Shown here piece by piece: positions 23,736 through 37,189 of a DNA stretch of 64,000 nt; position 1 is the first letter of the stretch, and the number at the start of each line of letters is the position of its first letter. The notes beneath the pieces are model-generated. The model did not search any database, had not been told where the DNA came from, and was given only the letters and a program-made list of their open reading frames with translations. This DNA is from the human T2T-CHM13v2.0 reference genome, Homo sapiens, in assembly GCF_009914755.1 (NCBI RefSeq), contig NC_060925.1. One strand, 5' to 3'. The position numbers were made by a program, and so were the translations under genes.

Positions 23736-26700
23736 GCTGTTGGCCCTCAAGCAGGGCTGTGCAGAAAGCTGGCATCAGGCAGGCCTGGGAGAGGGTGTTT
23801 CGGGAAGATGGCCCAGCACACGCAGAGGCCTGCACACAGCTGACTCTGTGTGGCGAGTGTGAGACGAGAGTGGGAAAGACGAGGCTGCAGAGGTTTGTGT
23901 GGCCGTTTCATGAGGGCCCTGCCGTCCACGCTGTTGTTGGGATTTTAGTCCTCAGAGCAGCGGAGCCGTGGAAGGGCTTTGAGAGGGGGCATGGCCTGTT
24001 CATGTTGGCTGCAGCCTGTGAACTGCAGGGGGAGGGTCTGGGTCCAGGAGACTGGAGCAGCTGTGCAGTGTCTGGGGAGAGAAGATGGTGCCCTGGACTG
24101 TGTGAGAACAGTGTAGACAGAGGGTATGGAGGGAGACCCCAGGGAGGCAGGGCTGGAAGACCCCCAGCAGGGGCTGCAGGGCAGCAGCAGCTGAGGACAG
24201 GCCCAGGCCCAGTGTTCTGAAAGGAAGGTGGTGCTGAGCTCCAGGAAGGAGCAGGTGTCTGGGCCCCGGGATTCTGTGCCTGTTGGAGGGAAGTGCCAGC
24301 TTGGCCATGGGGGAGCGACTGGGACTGCAGACCCTTCAGCCTCCCTCAGGCTGAGGGAGGGGCTGCCCAGACCCCCTTCTTCCAGCCAGGCCCTCCCTGA
24401 GCCCCGCAGCTGGTCTGGCCCAGCCTGGCCCTGCAGCCCCCTCTGTGGGCACTCAGGCTGCATCCAGCCCACGCAAACTGTAAAACTCTATGTAGTTTAA
24501 AGGCTTTGGAAACCAGGATATTGGTGGCACGCAGGATGGGGCTATGGGGGCTGCCCACGTGACCCCCTCACCTCAGCCCAAGCTGCTTCAGAAGGTGAAC
24601 TTGAGCACTTCACCCTGTGCTTTTCCCCTCCCCTCATGGAGAACATCAGCCTCTTTAATGCAGGGGCGCAGGGCGGTGGCCTCCCCCGCAGTCAGGACCG
24701 CAGAAGCCCAAACCAGGAGAGGGTCAGGGACAGTGGGAGACAGAGACAGATGGTGACAGGGACTTGGTGACAGAAGGAGCCAGTGATGAAAGAGAAACAG
24801 AGGGAGGGGAGGCCGGAGGGAGGCCTGGAGACAAGGCACCTGGCCCCAGGGACTTGCTTGGGGCTGGGGAGTCACTGGGGCTCAGATGACCCCCCTTCTC
24901 TGTGGCGGGTCTTCTTAGAGAAAAGAAATCACTCTCCAACCAATTAATCTAGTTAGACATAATCAAGTTGTGGGGATCCGTGCAGCAGGGTGAGTGATTA
25001 GGAAAAATTACCTCCCTGCAAAGGGTTTAAATTTGATTTTCATCCCATAATCTAAAGACCAAATACCGAAGAGTAGGCTTTCTGCACACCTCCCCTTTCT
25101 TCCTCCCTACAGCCGCCACCAGCTGATGATCTAAGAGTTACCTGATGAAGGGGACCGGCTTAGAGGGTCAAACTACAATCTGCACAGTGACATACACAAC
25201 TCAGGATAGCCACAAAGTAACACATACATATGCCCATGCATGCATACGCACGCATATACAGGCACACACATGCACACAACCATGCACACATATGCAAACA
25301 CACCCATTTCACAGGGATGCAGCAGCAGGCAGGAATCCTGAGTGCTGGTCCTATCTCTGCCACCACTGGCTGTGTGAAACTCTGGCACTTTCTCTGGGTC
25401 TCAGTTTCCCTACCTGTAACAATAAGAGTTATAATTCACTTGGGAGACTGCTTCTGGTTGTTGCAACTTAGAATTTGATTTTCGCTCTGTCAGGCTCCCT
25501 TTCTCCTCCTTTCAAATGGAGGCTGACTCAGAGGAAATAAAGTCTGGGATGTGGCAGCTCAGGGGGGTTCATATCTGAGGCTTCCTCTCCCTCAGCAAAC
25601 GGGGAACTCACCGCAGCTGCCCCAGCTTAGCCTCGGAGCCTGGGTCCAGGGCCCAGGGGGGCAGAGGTGGCTTTGCTGGCTCCACATGCACGTGCACACG
25701 CACCTGCACACACATGTATATCACCTTTCATGCTGAGCCACGTCACCACGGGCTCCAAGGGATGGGGCTTATCAACCAGCACTGGTCCTAGGGCCAGGCC
25801 TGTGCCCCCCAAGGCCAGGACTAGCCTCCAGCCTCTGGTCCTTCTATATTCCTCTGAGGATGGAGCTGGTGAGGGACTAGCCCAGAAAGGTGAGAGAAAC
25901 ATTGTCTGGAGCCAGAGCTGAAGCTGCATTAATTTATGTCTGGCTGCTTCTTCAGCCGGGGCTGGGCCCTGGGGATAGCTTGGGGGAGGAGGTGGTCAGG
26001 GAACTGGTGAGGGGCCTTGAGCCCCTAGGTGGAGGCACAGCCTGAAGGCTGGGTGAGTGTGAGCAGAGGTGATGGGCGTGTCATGGAGGGGTGACCTTAG
26101 GCCCCTACAGGCTGTACCCTGTCCCTCCCCTCCCTGCGTGGTTGTAGCTGCAGAGCTCACCTGCGTGACCAGAGGCTCCAGGGCAAAGGGCCAGTCCTGC
26201 CCCAGCAGTGGGAACTTAAAATGTTCTGGGGAAGGGAATGTAGGGAGGGGTGGGTATGGATTTGGGGAGTGGTCTGGTGTTGAATCCCAGCCAAGTGAAT
26301 CTGAGCAGCTTCTTCCCCTTCTCTGGACCTCAGTTTCCTCATCTGCTCAGTGGGGCAAGGAGCCTGCCTGGGAGGACATGTGGGCTTCCCTGGGCACAGG
26401 AGTGGCATCTGCAGGAGCTCAGTGCATGTTTGTTCCCATCCCCTCTGAGGCCCTGCAGCCAGCACCTGGCTCTAAGTCAGTGCCCAGCAAATATCGATGA
26501 GCCTGGGGACAGAATGAAATGAGCTCATGTTTGCATCTGTACTCACAGCAGCAAAATCCAAAATTGTGTTGGGTAATTGAACAACCAGAGGCCTCGCTGG
26601 GTGGCACCCTTGGGGTTTGGCTGTCAGACATCAGGGAGGACTTCCTGGATGAGGCCAGCCTTGAGCTGGGCAGGCTTTGAATAGAGGAGGGGAAGGCAGG

Positions 26701-28453
26701 TGAGGACGGGAGAGAGCATGTGCAAAAGGGAGAGGGGCCAAAATGAGGCCACACCCTCTCTTGTGGGAAGGCATTTGGGTTTGGAATGGGACAGATCTGG
26801 GTTCGACCTGAACAGGTCCCTCTGCACTTGGAGCCTCCTTGCTGTCAGTTGTGAAGTGGGGGGAACAGCACCCCCTTCTCACAGGGTGGTTGTGAGGCTG
26901 CAACCGGCATTTTGTGTGTGTGGAGCCCCAGCACAGTGTGGGGGACCCAGGGACGCTCTGTACCAGGGACTCCTGCCCCTCTGCCAGCTCATCCAGGTCA
27001 GCTGCTCTCCTTTGCCCTACAGGTGGCCTCCCCACCAGGTCACGTGTGGTCTGAGCAGGGAGCAGGCTTTGGTGCAGGGACCTGGGGTTTTAGGACATGC
27101 CACCCCTCTTGGAGAAGACCACCAGGCTTTACCTGGAGGGATGGAGCCCATCCAGCCCCCACCCTGTAGGAATCCAGCAAACAGAGAGGTTAAGAGAGTG
27201 GCCTAAAGTCACCAGCCCCAACCCAGCCTCTAAGTGCTCTGCTTTCTAACCAGCTCTGGGGTAGGTGGTGGGGGCACCTCCAAACACCTGGACCGAGAGC
27301 CTCAAGGATTCTTCTCTCCCTCTGTGGTCCCTCTTTCCTCACATTCACTTGTTCCCCAGGCTGAGAAGAGCCTGGAAACAGGACCCAGGGTCCCTGGGAG
27401 CCCAGGCCAGTGATCTGCAGAGCTGTCTGTCTGACACCTTGGCCTGTGCTAGGAAGGGGAGGGTTAAGTCTTGAGCAGCCCTTCCTGGTTAGTGTTTAAC
27501 TTGCAGTTTCTGAAGGCCATCAGGAGCCCCATGGAGTTAATGTTTTCTCTCTTAATGGCACTGCAGCAGATTAAGGCGGGACCCATCTCCCAGAGAGCAT
27601 TAAAAAGAGGCATCCATTACCCAGAATGGCCTGGCTTCCCTGGCAGCTGGATTAACTTTCCCAGAGACCTGAGTGGAGGAAGAGCCCTCTCATCCTTGCC
27701 GTCAGCAAATTTTGCCTGGTCCCCGTGGTTCAGGATCTGAGGGAGTGCAGGATGTCCAGATACCAGGCTGGGAGGACACTGAGACAGGCTGAGGTTCAGT
27801 TCAATGTGAAAAGGTCTTCCAGACCTAGTGGGTCACAGGATGACCATTGCCTCATTGGGCCGTATTGCATTAAAGGTTAGCTTAGGCAGGGGGAGCTGTC
27901 TTCTTTTGGTGCTCAGCAGAGTAAGCCTCTGGGTCCCAATGTGGACAACCCCATACGGAGGGTTATCCAAGGTCTCTCCTCCTCAGGCCTGAGGTGCAAA
28001 AGCCTGGGTGCTTAGAACAGACACTGAGCTTGGAGTTAAGAGACAGGGATCTGTGTCTTGCCTCTTGGGACTTTGAGAAAGTGACTTTCCTCAAAATGAC
28101 CACAGCTCCCTTTGCTTGAGTACCTACTATGGGCCCAGCTTGTGCAGAAGCTTCCCATCCACCCTCTCACTTGATCTCCATGACAGACAGGTGCTCTGTC
28201 CCCATTTTATATACAAGCCAGGCTCAAAGATACAGGGGAAGACATGGGCAGAGCTCACCCACCAGAGGAGCTGGGATTAGAACCCAGGTGTGTCTTCCCC
28301 CAAAGCCCAGGTTACTTTCTACTGCATGATATACACCTCTGTGCCTCAGTTTTTTTTTACCTGTAAAATGGAAGTAATAGAGGATTGGATAGTACCAGTG
28401 ATATGATGGATGAAAAATACACCAATACACCATGCACCTGGAAAGAGTGTTTG

Positions 28454-28468
28454 ACATACATGCACGCA

Positions 28469-28513
<45 letters not shown>

Positions 28514-28521
28514 ACACATAC
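28454..28521. repeat. (CG)n(CA)n alternating purine-pyrimidine microsatellite
   Basis: 68 bp of uninterrupted purine-pyrimidine alternation including CGCGCGCG and a long (CA)n. Confidence 0.95.
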
Positions 28522-28689
28522 TCACATGTAGAAGTCAGACCACCCAGGATTCTGTTCCCAGTAGATTACAATCCAGGAACAAGGTTTCAAACTGAGTGAG
28601 TTTTCTAAACAATGAGCGTTAACCTTTAATTTAGCATCTAAAATGTGAAAATGCCCTGATATGACTATGAGTTTGTAAATTCCACAGTA

Positions 28690-29070
28690 TGTATCATAAG
28701 CTTTAAAACTGTTTACCTTTTTTTTTTAACATAGCAGTTCTACCATCAGAAAACACAGTGAAGGCTACGTACTGAGCTTTACATACAAGGATGTTCACTG
28801 CAGCGTTGAAGATAACAGCCAATACTTGGAAACAACCCTAATGTCCGATAGGGAAAGCGATGGGTAATTGTCGCAAATCCTTGTAATGGAATATTGTGCA
28901 GCCAATAAAAGCCATGACTGTGAAGCTCCTTTAATAGCACCGAAATGGAGGAGCAGAAATGACACCTGCCGTCCTATGTGCTCCCCACTGTGGCATCTCT
29001 GCAGGTAAGATGACAGGTGATTACTATTTCTTCTGCTTGTTTTTCTGCATTGAGCCAACCTATTTAAAAA
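28690..29070 (+). mobile_element. Ancient L1 (L1ME-like) 3' fragment
   Basis: TACAAGGATGTTCACTGCAGCGTTG...TTGGAAACAACCCTAATGTCC...AATGGAATATTGTGCAGCCAATAAAA. Confidence 0.65.
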
Positions 29071-29614
29071 TGGATGATAAAGTGTACTTCACATTCCCAT
29101 TTCTGGAATAGGCATGGCAGAACATAATTTAAGCTTTGCTCCAGGCCCCCAGAGAGTCTCACTCACTCTCAGCTCTATGTGCTCTTGCCCCCAGGGTGTC
29201 TCCAGCAATGTCACCACATTTGGGGTTCAGCCTGCAACCCACCCTCTTCTGGAGTCTCCTGGGCCCCAGATGTCTCTTCCTGCAGGTTTCCATGTACTTT
29301 CTGCTAGCAGGCCCCACCCCTCCTCATGCCCTACCTCTAACCTGCCCTGCTGGGCTAACAGATCACCAGGCATGTAAGAACCCTGCCTGCAGGAGGAGCC
29401 TCCATACTTTCTGAGTGAGGACAAGAAGGGAGCCCTTCTGATTAAAATAATAATCATTATAAAATGAATGTTTTGGAACATGGCTTGCATTTTGATAGCT
29501 CCTGAGCCTTTTGAGTTTGTTGTTTGTTTCCAGAGAGCAGAAGCTGCCCGATACCTGACTTCTGAGTAAGTGGAGGATGGCTGAGTATAACTCTGCACCT
29601 GTAGCTGTGACCTA

Positions 29615-29890
29615 CATATTCACTCACTCAATCAATCATAATTTTGAGCCCCTAATCTGCATCAATCACAGTTTGAGATGCTGGGGACACAGCAATGGAT
29701 GTGATAAACAAGGCCCCTGAGGTCAAAGTTGGGGGAGAGGAACAATAAGTAAGTAAATGAATCGAAGGCGCAAGGTCCTCTCAAGTGCTGATGGGGCTAT
29801 AAGGAAACTAAACTAGAGTAATGGATCAAGGATCCACCTTCATAGTATGGGATGGGGGCATCAGGGAGGGCTTCTCTGAGGCCAGAGTGA
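29615..29890 (-). mobile_element. L2 LINE 3' fragment
   Basis: ATTCACTCACTCAATCAATCAT...GATGCTGGGGACACAGCAATG...TCAGGGAGGGCTTCTCTGAG. Confidence 0.65.
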
Positions 29891-30198
29891 CACACACACT
29901 CCACACAGGCTCTCAGCTTGACCGTGTAGCCAGCTTGCTCAGAGTGGGCAGGGTTCCTTGGGCCCCCTGGGTGTGCTGGATGGTGGGGGCAGGGCTGAGG
30001 GGTCTGGCAGGAGGGCACAAGCCTGGGGGGAGGGAGAAACACTGCGGGGTGGTGAAGGTGGCCACTTCCCTCTGAGTGGCATAAGCTTCCTGCCCCCAGC
30101 CCCAGGAGTTCAGATCACACAGGGTTCTCTGGGGATAGCCCAGGGGAGCCCCAGAACAGAGATGACCAGCTTCTGCCTTACATCATCCCCCATTCAAT

Positions 30199-30258
30199 GA
30201 TGGTCCCTTTCCTGTTCTAGATCCACAGGATGGTCCTTTTCCTGTTCTAGATCCACCA
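30199..30258. repeat. 2 x 30-bp tandem duplication
   Basis: GATGGTCC(C/T)TTTCCTGTTCTAGATCCAC.. twice. Confidence 0.95.
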
Positions 30259-30359
30259 GGTTAGTGCCACCTCCACCCCACTGTGGATGTTTCTGCTCCC
30301 CAGGGGATGTCATGGCCTAAGACTGCCTCTGTATCTGGGTGGAAAATCACACTGTAGTC

Positions 30360-31010
30360 TGTACGTCTATGCGTGGATGACCTGCAGGTGTTTACATGTC
30401 CACAGTGGTGCTGTGTTCATACATACACCTGTGTGAGTCTGCAGCTGGGTCCATTTTTGTGGATACACATGTGCTTGTATGTGAGCCACAGGATCCTGGG
30501 TCTAGGTATGCCTGTTTATGAATGTGCATGTTGGGTTTGTGTGTGTTTGTGCAGCCTCATCTGATTGCTTATGATTTATTCCTGTGATTGATAATAGAAG
30601 CCGATGCCTCCCTATCTTTTGATTGTAAGCATGATTCAGAGTGTTCTCATAGATGGGTTCTCTGTGGCTGCAGAGCTGTGTCTGTTTCATTGTCCATTTC
30701 TGTGTACAGCGTTCTGTATTTGTACATTTGTGTGATTACGTATTTCTGCTCTCCGTGTATTTCTGATTTCTGTGTGTTTGTGTTGAATTTTTTGTCACCA
30801 GTTTGTATGTGTTTATGTATGTGTACATGTATGTCTGTGTCAATCAGCTTGGGTCTGGGGTCTACCTGGGCCCAGGTGTTGCTGTGCTTGGGCCTGTGTG
30901 GCTGGGTGTCTTTAAGTGTCTGTGTCTGAGTTGTCTGTGTATTATATCTGTCACTTTGTGGCTCTGATCTTCGGTATGTGTTTGAGTGTCTGTCTGTAGA
31001 GGGTTGGTTT
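30360..31010. repeat. Degenerate TG-rich low-complexity tract
   Basis: Dense TGTGT/TGTCT motifs. Confidence 0.65.
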
Positions 31011-31017
31011 GTGGGTC

Positions 31018-31318
31018 TTTTTCTTTTAGAAGCAGGATCTCACTGTTTTCCAGGCTGGAGTGCTGTGGTGCGCTCATAGCTCACTGTGGCCTCAAACTCC
31101 TAGGCTTAAGTGATCCTAATCCTTCTGCCTCAGCCTTCCAAGTAGCTACAACTACAGGTGTACACCATCATGCCCAGCTAATTGTTTCTTTTAATTTTTA
31201 GTAGAGACTGGGTCTCACTATGCAGCACAGGCTGGTTTCAAACTCTGGCCTCAAGTGATCCTCCCGCCTTGGCCTCTCAGAGTGCTGGGATTATAGGTGT
31301 GCACCACCATGCCTGGCC
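31018..31318 (-). mobile_element. AluJ-type SINE
   Basis: Reverse Alu ending ...CACCATGCCTGGCC; imperfect TSD TGT(G/T)GGTCTTT. Confidence 0.95.
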
Positions 31319-32678
31319 ATGTTGGTCTTTTCATTCAACTATTAGTCTGCATGTTAACTAGTTTCTCTTTATAGGTATGCACCTAAGTGCCTCTCTTGCT
31401 CTGGGTGTCTGTACGTCTCAGTGTCCAGGTGCCCACATGTGCCTGCAATGTCCTCAGGCTTGTAAAGAGATCTCACCTCAGTCCTGTGGCTTTGGCAGAG
31501 GTGTCTCCAATGTGATGGACACTGACAGGCTCAGGAAGACTAAACTGTGGGAGGCTTCGCCCCATCCTGTGAGGCAGTCCTCTGCCCTTGAACTAATTGA
31601 AATTAATAGGATACTATGCTCAACAATTGCCAATTACATTTTCTTGATAAATGCACATGGAATGTTCACCAACATAGACCATGTGCTGGGCTATAAAAAA
31701 CATACCAATAAGTGTAAAAGAATTGGAGTTATACAGAGTATTTTCTTCATTTGCAATGAAATTAAATTAGAAATGAATGACAATAGTGCATCTAAAACCT
31801 AATACATATTTGAAAATTAAACAATACATGTCTAAATAACCCATGGATCAATAAATCATAAGAGACATTAGAAAACATTCAGAACTCAGTGATAATAAAA
31901 ACAGAATATCAAAATTTGTGGATGCAGCTAAGAGATACCTTAAAGTGAATTATTGAGGTTAAATCCTTATATTAGGAAATGAACACAGTTTAAAATCAAT
32001 GATCTAAGTATCTTAAGAAACTAGGAAAAGGAAAGAAATCAATATAATAGAAAACAGACAATAGACAATACCAACAAAGGCAGAAACTGGTTCTCTTAAA
32101 AGATTAATAAAATTGATAAGCCCTTAGGAAAATAACAACCATAACAACAGCAAAAAAGAGGGAAAACAAAAAATTTCTAATAACAGAAATGATAAAGGGG
32201 ACATCATTACAATAATGTAGTCATTAATATGGTAATAAGAGATTATTATAAGTAACCTTGTGCAAATAAATTCACCAACTTCAATGAAGTGTGCAAATTT
32301 TTTGAAAAACACAACTTAACAAAACTGGCAGCAGAAGAAATAGAAGCACTGAATAGCCCTATATTTATGAAATGAATTGAATTTGTAATTTCAAAACTTT
32401 CTACAATGAAAGCTTCAGGCTTGAATGGCTTCACTGTTGAATTCCATCTGACATTTAAGGAAGAAATAATACTAACCTTATACAAATTATTTCAGATAAT
32501 GGAAGAAGAGGAAACACTTCTTAAGTTGTTATGAGGTCATCATAACCTTGATACAAAAATCTGACAAGGACATTAAAAAAATCTCAAGAGTATCAATGCA
32601 AAAGTTGTTAACAAGTATTAGCAAATTGAATTCAGAAATATATAAAAAGGAGAATATATCATGAACAAGTGGAGTCTA

Positions 32679-32990
<312 letters not shown>

Positions 32991-33350
32991 TCAATTTTCT
33001 ACATTAACGGAATAAAGGAAAAAAAATATGATCATCTTAATAGATGCTGAAAATGCATCTAACAAAATTCAATACACACTCATGATAAAAACTCTCAGCA
33101 AAGTAAGAATAGAAGGGAAATTCCTTATAAAGAACATCTATGGAAAACGTATAGCTAACATTATGCTTGGTAGTTAAAGATTGAATGCCCCACCCTGTTA
33201 GGAAAAATTCAAGGACGTTCATCTTAATCACTTCTAATCAATATTTTACTGGAGGTCCTAGCCAGTTTAATAAGACAAGAAAGAAATGAAAAGCTTAGAG
33301 TTTCACAATATTGAAGCAAAACTCTCCATATTCAGAAATGACATTTTTAT

Positions 33351-34212
33351 CTGACAAAAACAAGCAATGGGGAAAACATTCCCTATTTAATAAATGGTGT
33401 TGGGGAAACTGGCTAGCAATATGCAGAAAACTGAAACTGGACCCCTTCCTTACAACTTATACAAAAATTAACTCAAGATGGATTAAAGATTTAAATGTAA
33501 GAACTAAAACCATAAAAACCCTAGAAGAAAACCTAGGCAATACTATTGAGGACATAGGCATGGGCAAAGACTTCATGACTAAAACACCAAAAGCAATTGC
33601 AACAAAAGCCACAATTGACAAATGGGATCTAATTAAATTAAAGAGCTTCTGCACAGCAAAAGAAACTATCATCAGAGTGAACAGGCAACCTACAGAATGG
33701 GAGAAAATTTTTGCAATCTATCCATCTGACAAAGGGCTAATATCCAGAATCTACAAGAAACTTAAACAAATTTACAAGAAAAAAACAACCCCGTCAAAAA
33801 GTGGGCAAAGAATATGAATAGACACTTTTCAAAAGAAGATGTTTATGTGGCCAACAAACATATGAAAAAAAGCTCATCATCAATGGTCATTAAAGAAATG
33901 CAGATCAAAACCACAATGAGATACTATCTCATGCCAGTTAGAATGTCGATCATTTAAAAAGTCAGGAAACAACAGATGCTGGAGAGGATGTGGAGAAATA
34001 GAAATGCTTTTACACTGTTGGTGGGAGTGTAAATTAGTTCAACCATTGTGGAAGACAGTGTGGCGATTCCTCAAGGATCTAGAACTAGAAATACCATTTG
34101 ACCCAGCAATCCCATTACTGGGTATATACCAAAAGGATTATAAATCATCCTACTATAAAGACATATACACACATATGTTTATTGCAGGACTATTCACAAT
34201 AGGAAAGACTTG
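33351..34212 (+). mobile_element. Younger L1PA ORF2 internal fragment
   Basis: Translates [33 protein letters not shown]...; LLHCWWECKLVQPLWKTVWRFLKDLELEIPFDPAIPLLGIY; far less diverged than the flanking L1M; no 3' UTR or poly(A). Confidence 0.92.
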
Positions 34213-35719
34213 AAAGGTTAGAAATTACAAATTCAATTCATTTCAATGGAATAGAATAGAGATGACTGAAACATACCCTGACATAATTCAATATTTTCAA
34301 CATTAAAAAGGATAGTGTTTTCAACAAATGATGCTGAATCAACTGATTATCCATATAGAAAAATAGCACACCCAATCCCCTACCTAACACCAAATATAAT
34401 ATTCAAAATATTATTTTGAAGTGGATCATAGACTTAATGTAAAAGTTAACACTATAAGCCTAATAGATTAAAAAATGAAAAATATCTTCTAGACTTTGGG
34501 TAGGAAAGATTTCTTAGGCATAAAAAAGGCATTAACATAGAAAAAATAATGAAATGTACTTTATCAAGATTAAAACCTTTTGGTCTTCAAAAGATGTCAT
34601 TGAGGAAATGAAAATCCAGGTCACAAAGTGGGAGGAAATAGAATGCATAGACCTGGTGATGGATTTTTATGTACTATATATATAACATATGTATAAAGAA
34701 CTACAAATAATAAAAATACAAGCAACTCAATAAAACATGGATAAACTTTTTGAGCCGTTACTTCACACAAAAAATAAATATGGATACCAATAAACACATG
34801 TGACGATGCTAATGTTATCATCATACATCAGGATATGTAAATGGAAAACACCATGAGACAGCAGTCATGGCTAAAATGAAAAAGTCTGACAATACTATGT
34901 ATTGACAATACTAAGAGGATTGGGAACAACAGGAATTCTTACACAATGCTTCTGGGAGTGTAAAATGGTAAAACGATTTTGAAAAACAATTTTGCACTTT
35001 CTTATAAAGTTAGATATACAACCTCCCTGTATCCCAGCAACTTCACTTCTAAGCATTTACCAAAAAGTAATGAAAATCTTCATCCACAAATGGACTTATA
35101 CAATTATTTTCATAGCATCTTTATATGTAATGGTCCAAACCTGGAAATAACTCCGTTGTCCATCAAGGGTTGAATGAATAAACAAATTGTGGCCTATGAA
35201 TAAAATGGGCAATTACAGAGCAATAAAAAAGCACAAACAACTAATAAAGATAGCAACATACATCAATCTCAAAAAAACATTATGTTGAGTGAAAGAAGCT
35301 AGAAACCTACTGTATGAGTCCATTTATACGAAATTCTACAACATACACAGCTAATCCATAACGTGGAGAGATCAATGGTTGCCAGAGGGTAGAGTGGGGA
35401 GTGTGTTTTTGGGGGGCATTGGGGGGCGATTGTAATTGGGCACAAAGGACGTTATTGGTGTAATGGAAATGCGCTGTGTCTTGACGGGGTGTTAGATGGG
35501 TGCATACAAAATTTTTGGTACATATACATAGATGAAGAAGAGAGCACTTTCACTTGCTCATCCACCTGGGTGGCTCTGCTCTCTCTCCCCACCTCTGTCC
35601 ATCGCAGTCCGCCAGCCCCCTCCCAGCGTCTCTTAAGCCCTCCCCTCTACTCTCCTCTACTCTCCTCTAATCCAGGGCTCTGCCCTGGAGTGATCCCTTC
35701 TGTCTGGGTGGGGTCCCTC

Positions 35720-36110
35720 CAAGGCGCAGGCGGCTGATTTGGGAGGTGACCCCCAGGAGGCACAGTGGGGAGGGGATAGCAGGGCGGGGAGAGGCTGAAT
35801 CACAGTGAGGAGGCTGCGGCTCAGATCCTGGGTCCATCTCTGGGACCGTGTCTGGGGTACTGATTCTGCCCCTCGAGGGGAGCCGGGCATTTATCCGCCA
35901 ATGCCTGTCCCTCGCGGTGAGGGCCTCTCCTGGGTGTCGGACCCCTGGCTCCCCGCGCTGCCCTGCCCTAGGCTGGTCTCGCCCCAGGACCCTGGAGCCG
36001 CGGAAGGGAGTGTTCAGGGCGCAGGTGAACGCAGAGGTGGTTAGGATACCCGGGCACACAAGCGCCTGCGTCAGCCATCCTTCCTCACCCTCGTGCCCCA
36101 TATGTCGCTC
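35720..36110. promoter_or_regulatory. Small CpG-island-like element
   Basis: Visibly CpG- and GC-dense non-repeat stretch; GGGCGG at 35782, CCAAT at 35898, NRF1-like GCGCCTGCG 36062-36070 overlapping TGCGTCA. Confidence 0.6.
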
Positions 36111-36350
36111 CCTGCAAGGTGGCTGGAGTGAGTTTCTCAAAAGGCAAGCCTGATTGTGTCAAAGCCCTGCCTCACACTGTTGATTTGCAACTCTCGGCTT
36201 TGGGAGGATGGCGTCCAGCATAGGGTATGACTTGGAGCGGCTCCTCTGGCTTTGACCTGGGATGCCCTGGAAACAGCGCTTTCTCCCTCTTCAGACATCC
36301 CAAACTTCCAACGGGATGGTCAGTGCCCACCTCCCTCCCTCTTCCAGTGT

Positions 36351-36759
36351 GTGAGGCAGCCCTGAAGATGGCTCTCAATGACACCTGACCCTTCATACTC
36401 ACTTCCCTCGAGCTGGGCTCTAACTTCTATGCCAAAAGGATGGGAAAACCTTGCGTGCCGACCTGAGTGCTTCTCTGGAATTGTCTGCTCAGGGAGAAGC
36501 CAGCTGTCACGTCCTGAAGCAGCCCTTTGGAGAGATCGTGTGAGTAAGGTTGGAGGCAGATACTTTCTCCCTGAGTCAAGCCTGAGTTGACTGCGGCCAT
36601 GGGGCCACCTTGATTGCAGCTTCTTGGGAGATCCTGAGCCTGAGCTGCTGGCCACGGATGGAGAGCTCCCACAGAAGCTGTGAGACAGTAAATATTTATT
36701 GTTTTCAGCAACCACAAGTTTTGGGGTTGTTTGTTATGCAAGAATAGATAACTAAGACA
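36351..36759 (+). mobile_element. MaLR solo LTR (MLT1F/G-like)
   Basis: Starts TGTGAGGCAGCCCTGAAGATGGCTCTCAATGA; ends GTTTTGGGGTTGTTTGTTATGCAAGAATAGATAACTAAGACA. Confidence 0.75.
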
Positions 36760-37189
36760 CCCAGTCCCCAGGGTCATTTGTGGTGTTGGTGTGATTTCAG
36801 AGCTCCAAGGTACTGAGGCTCCCCAGCTGGGAGGAAGCCCTGCCTCTGCAAGGACCTGATACGGCTTTACCAGCCTGAGCTGTTGTCACCAGCGCCCGCC
36901 CATTGTAGACAGCCAAACGCTATCTGCACTCCAACCAGCAAGGCACCTCCAACTTCACACTAAATGCATAATTTGCTGCAAATCAAACTAATGGAAATAG
37001 AGTAATTATGTTGACTTTTAAAATATTTTCAGATACATACATAATTAAATATTTGATAATATAATCCTTTACTATTGTGTTTCACAAGGGAACCCAGGGA
37101 GAAGAGGCTGAGGCAGGAAAGTGAGAGAGAAGATGCTGAAGGAGGTGTGAGGGAGGCCTCAGAAACCTGTTGAGCCTTCATGGGGAGTG

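Noticed and set aside
33311-34213. ORFs of 168 aa and 69 aa with clear protein homology
   Set aside because: LINE-1 ORF2 fragments interrupted by frameshifts and stops; not a host gene or a competent L1.
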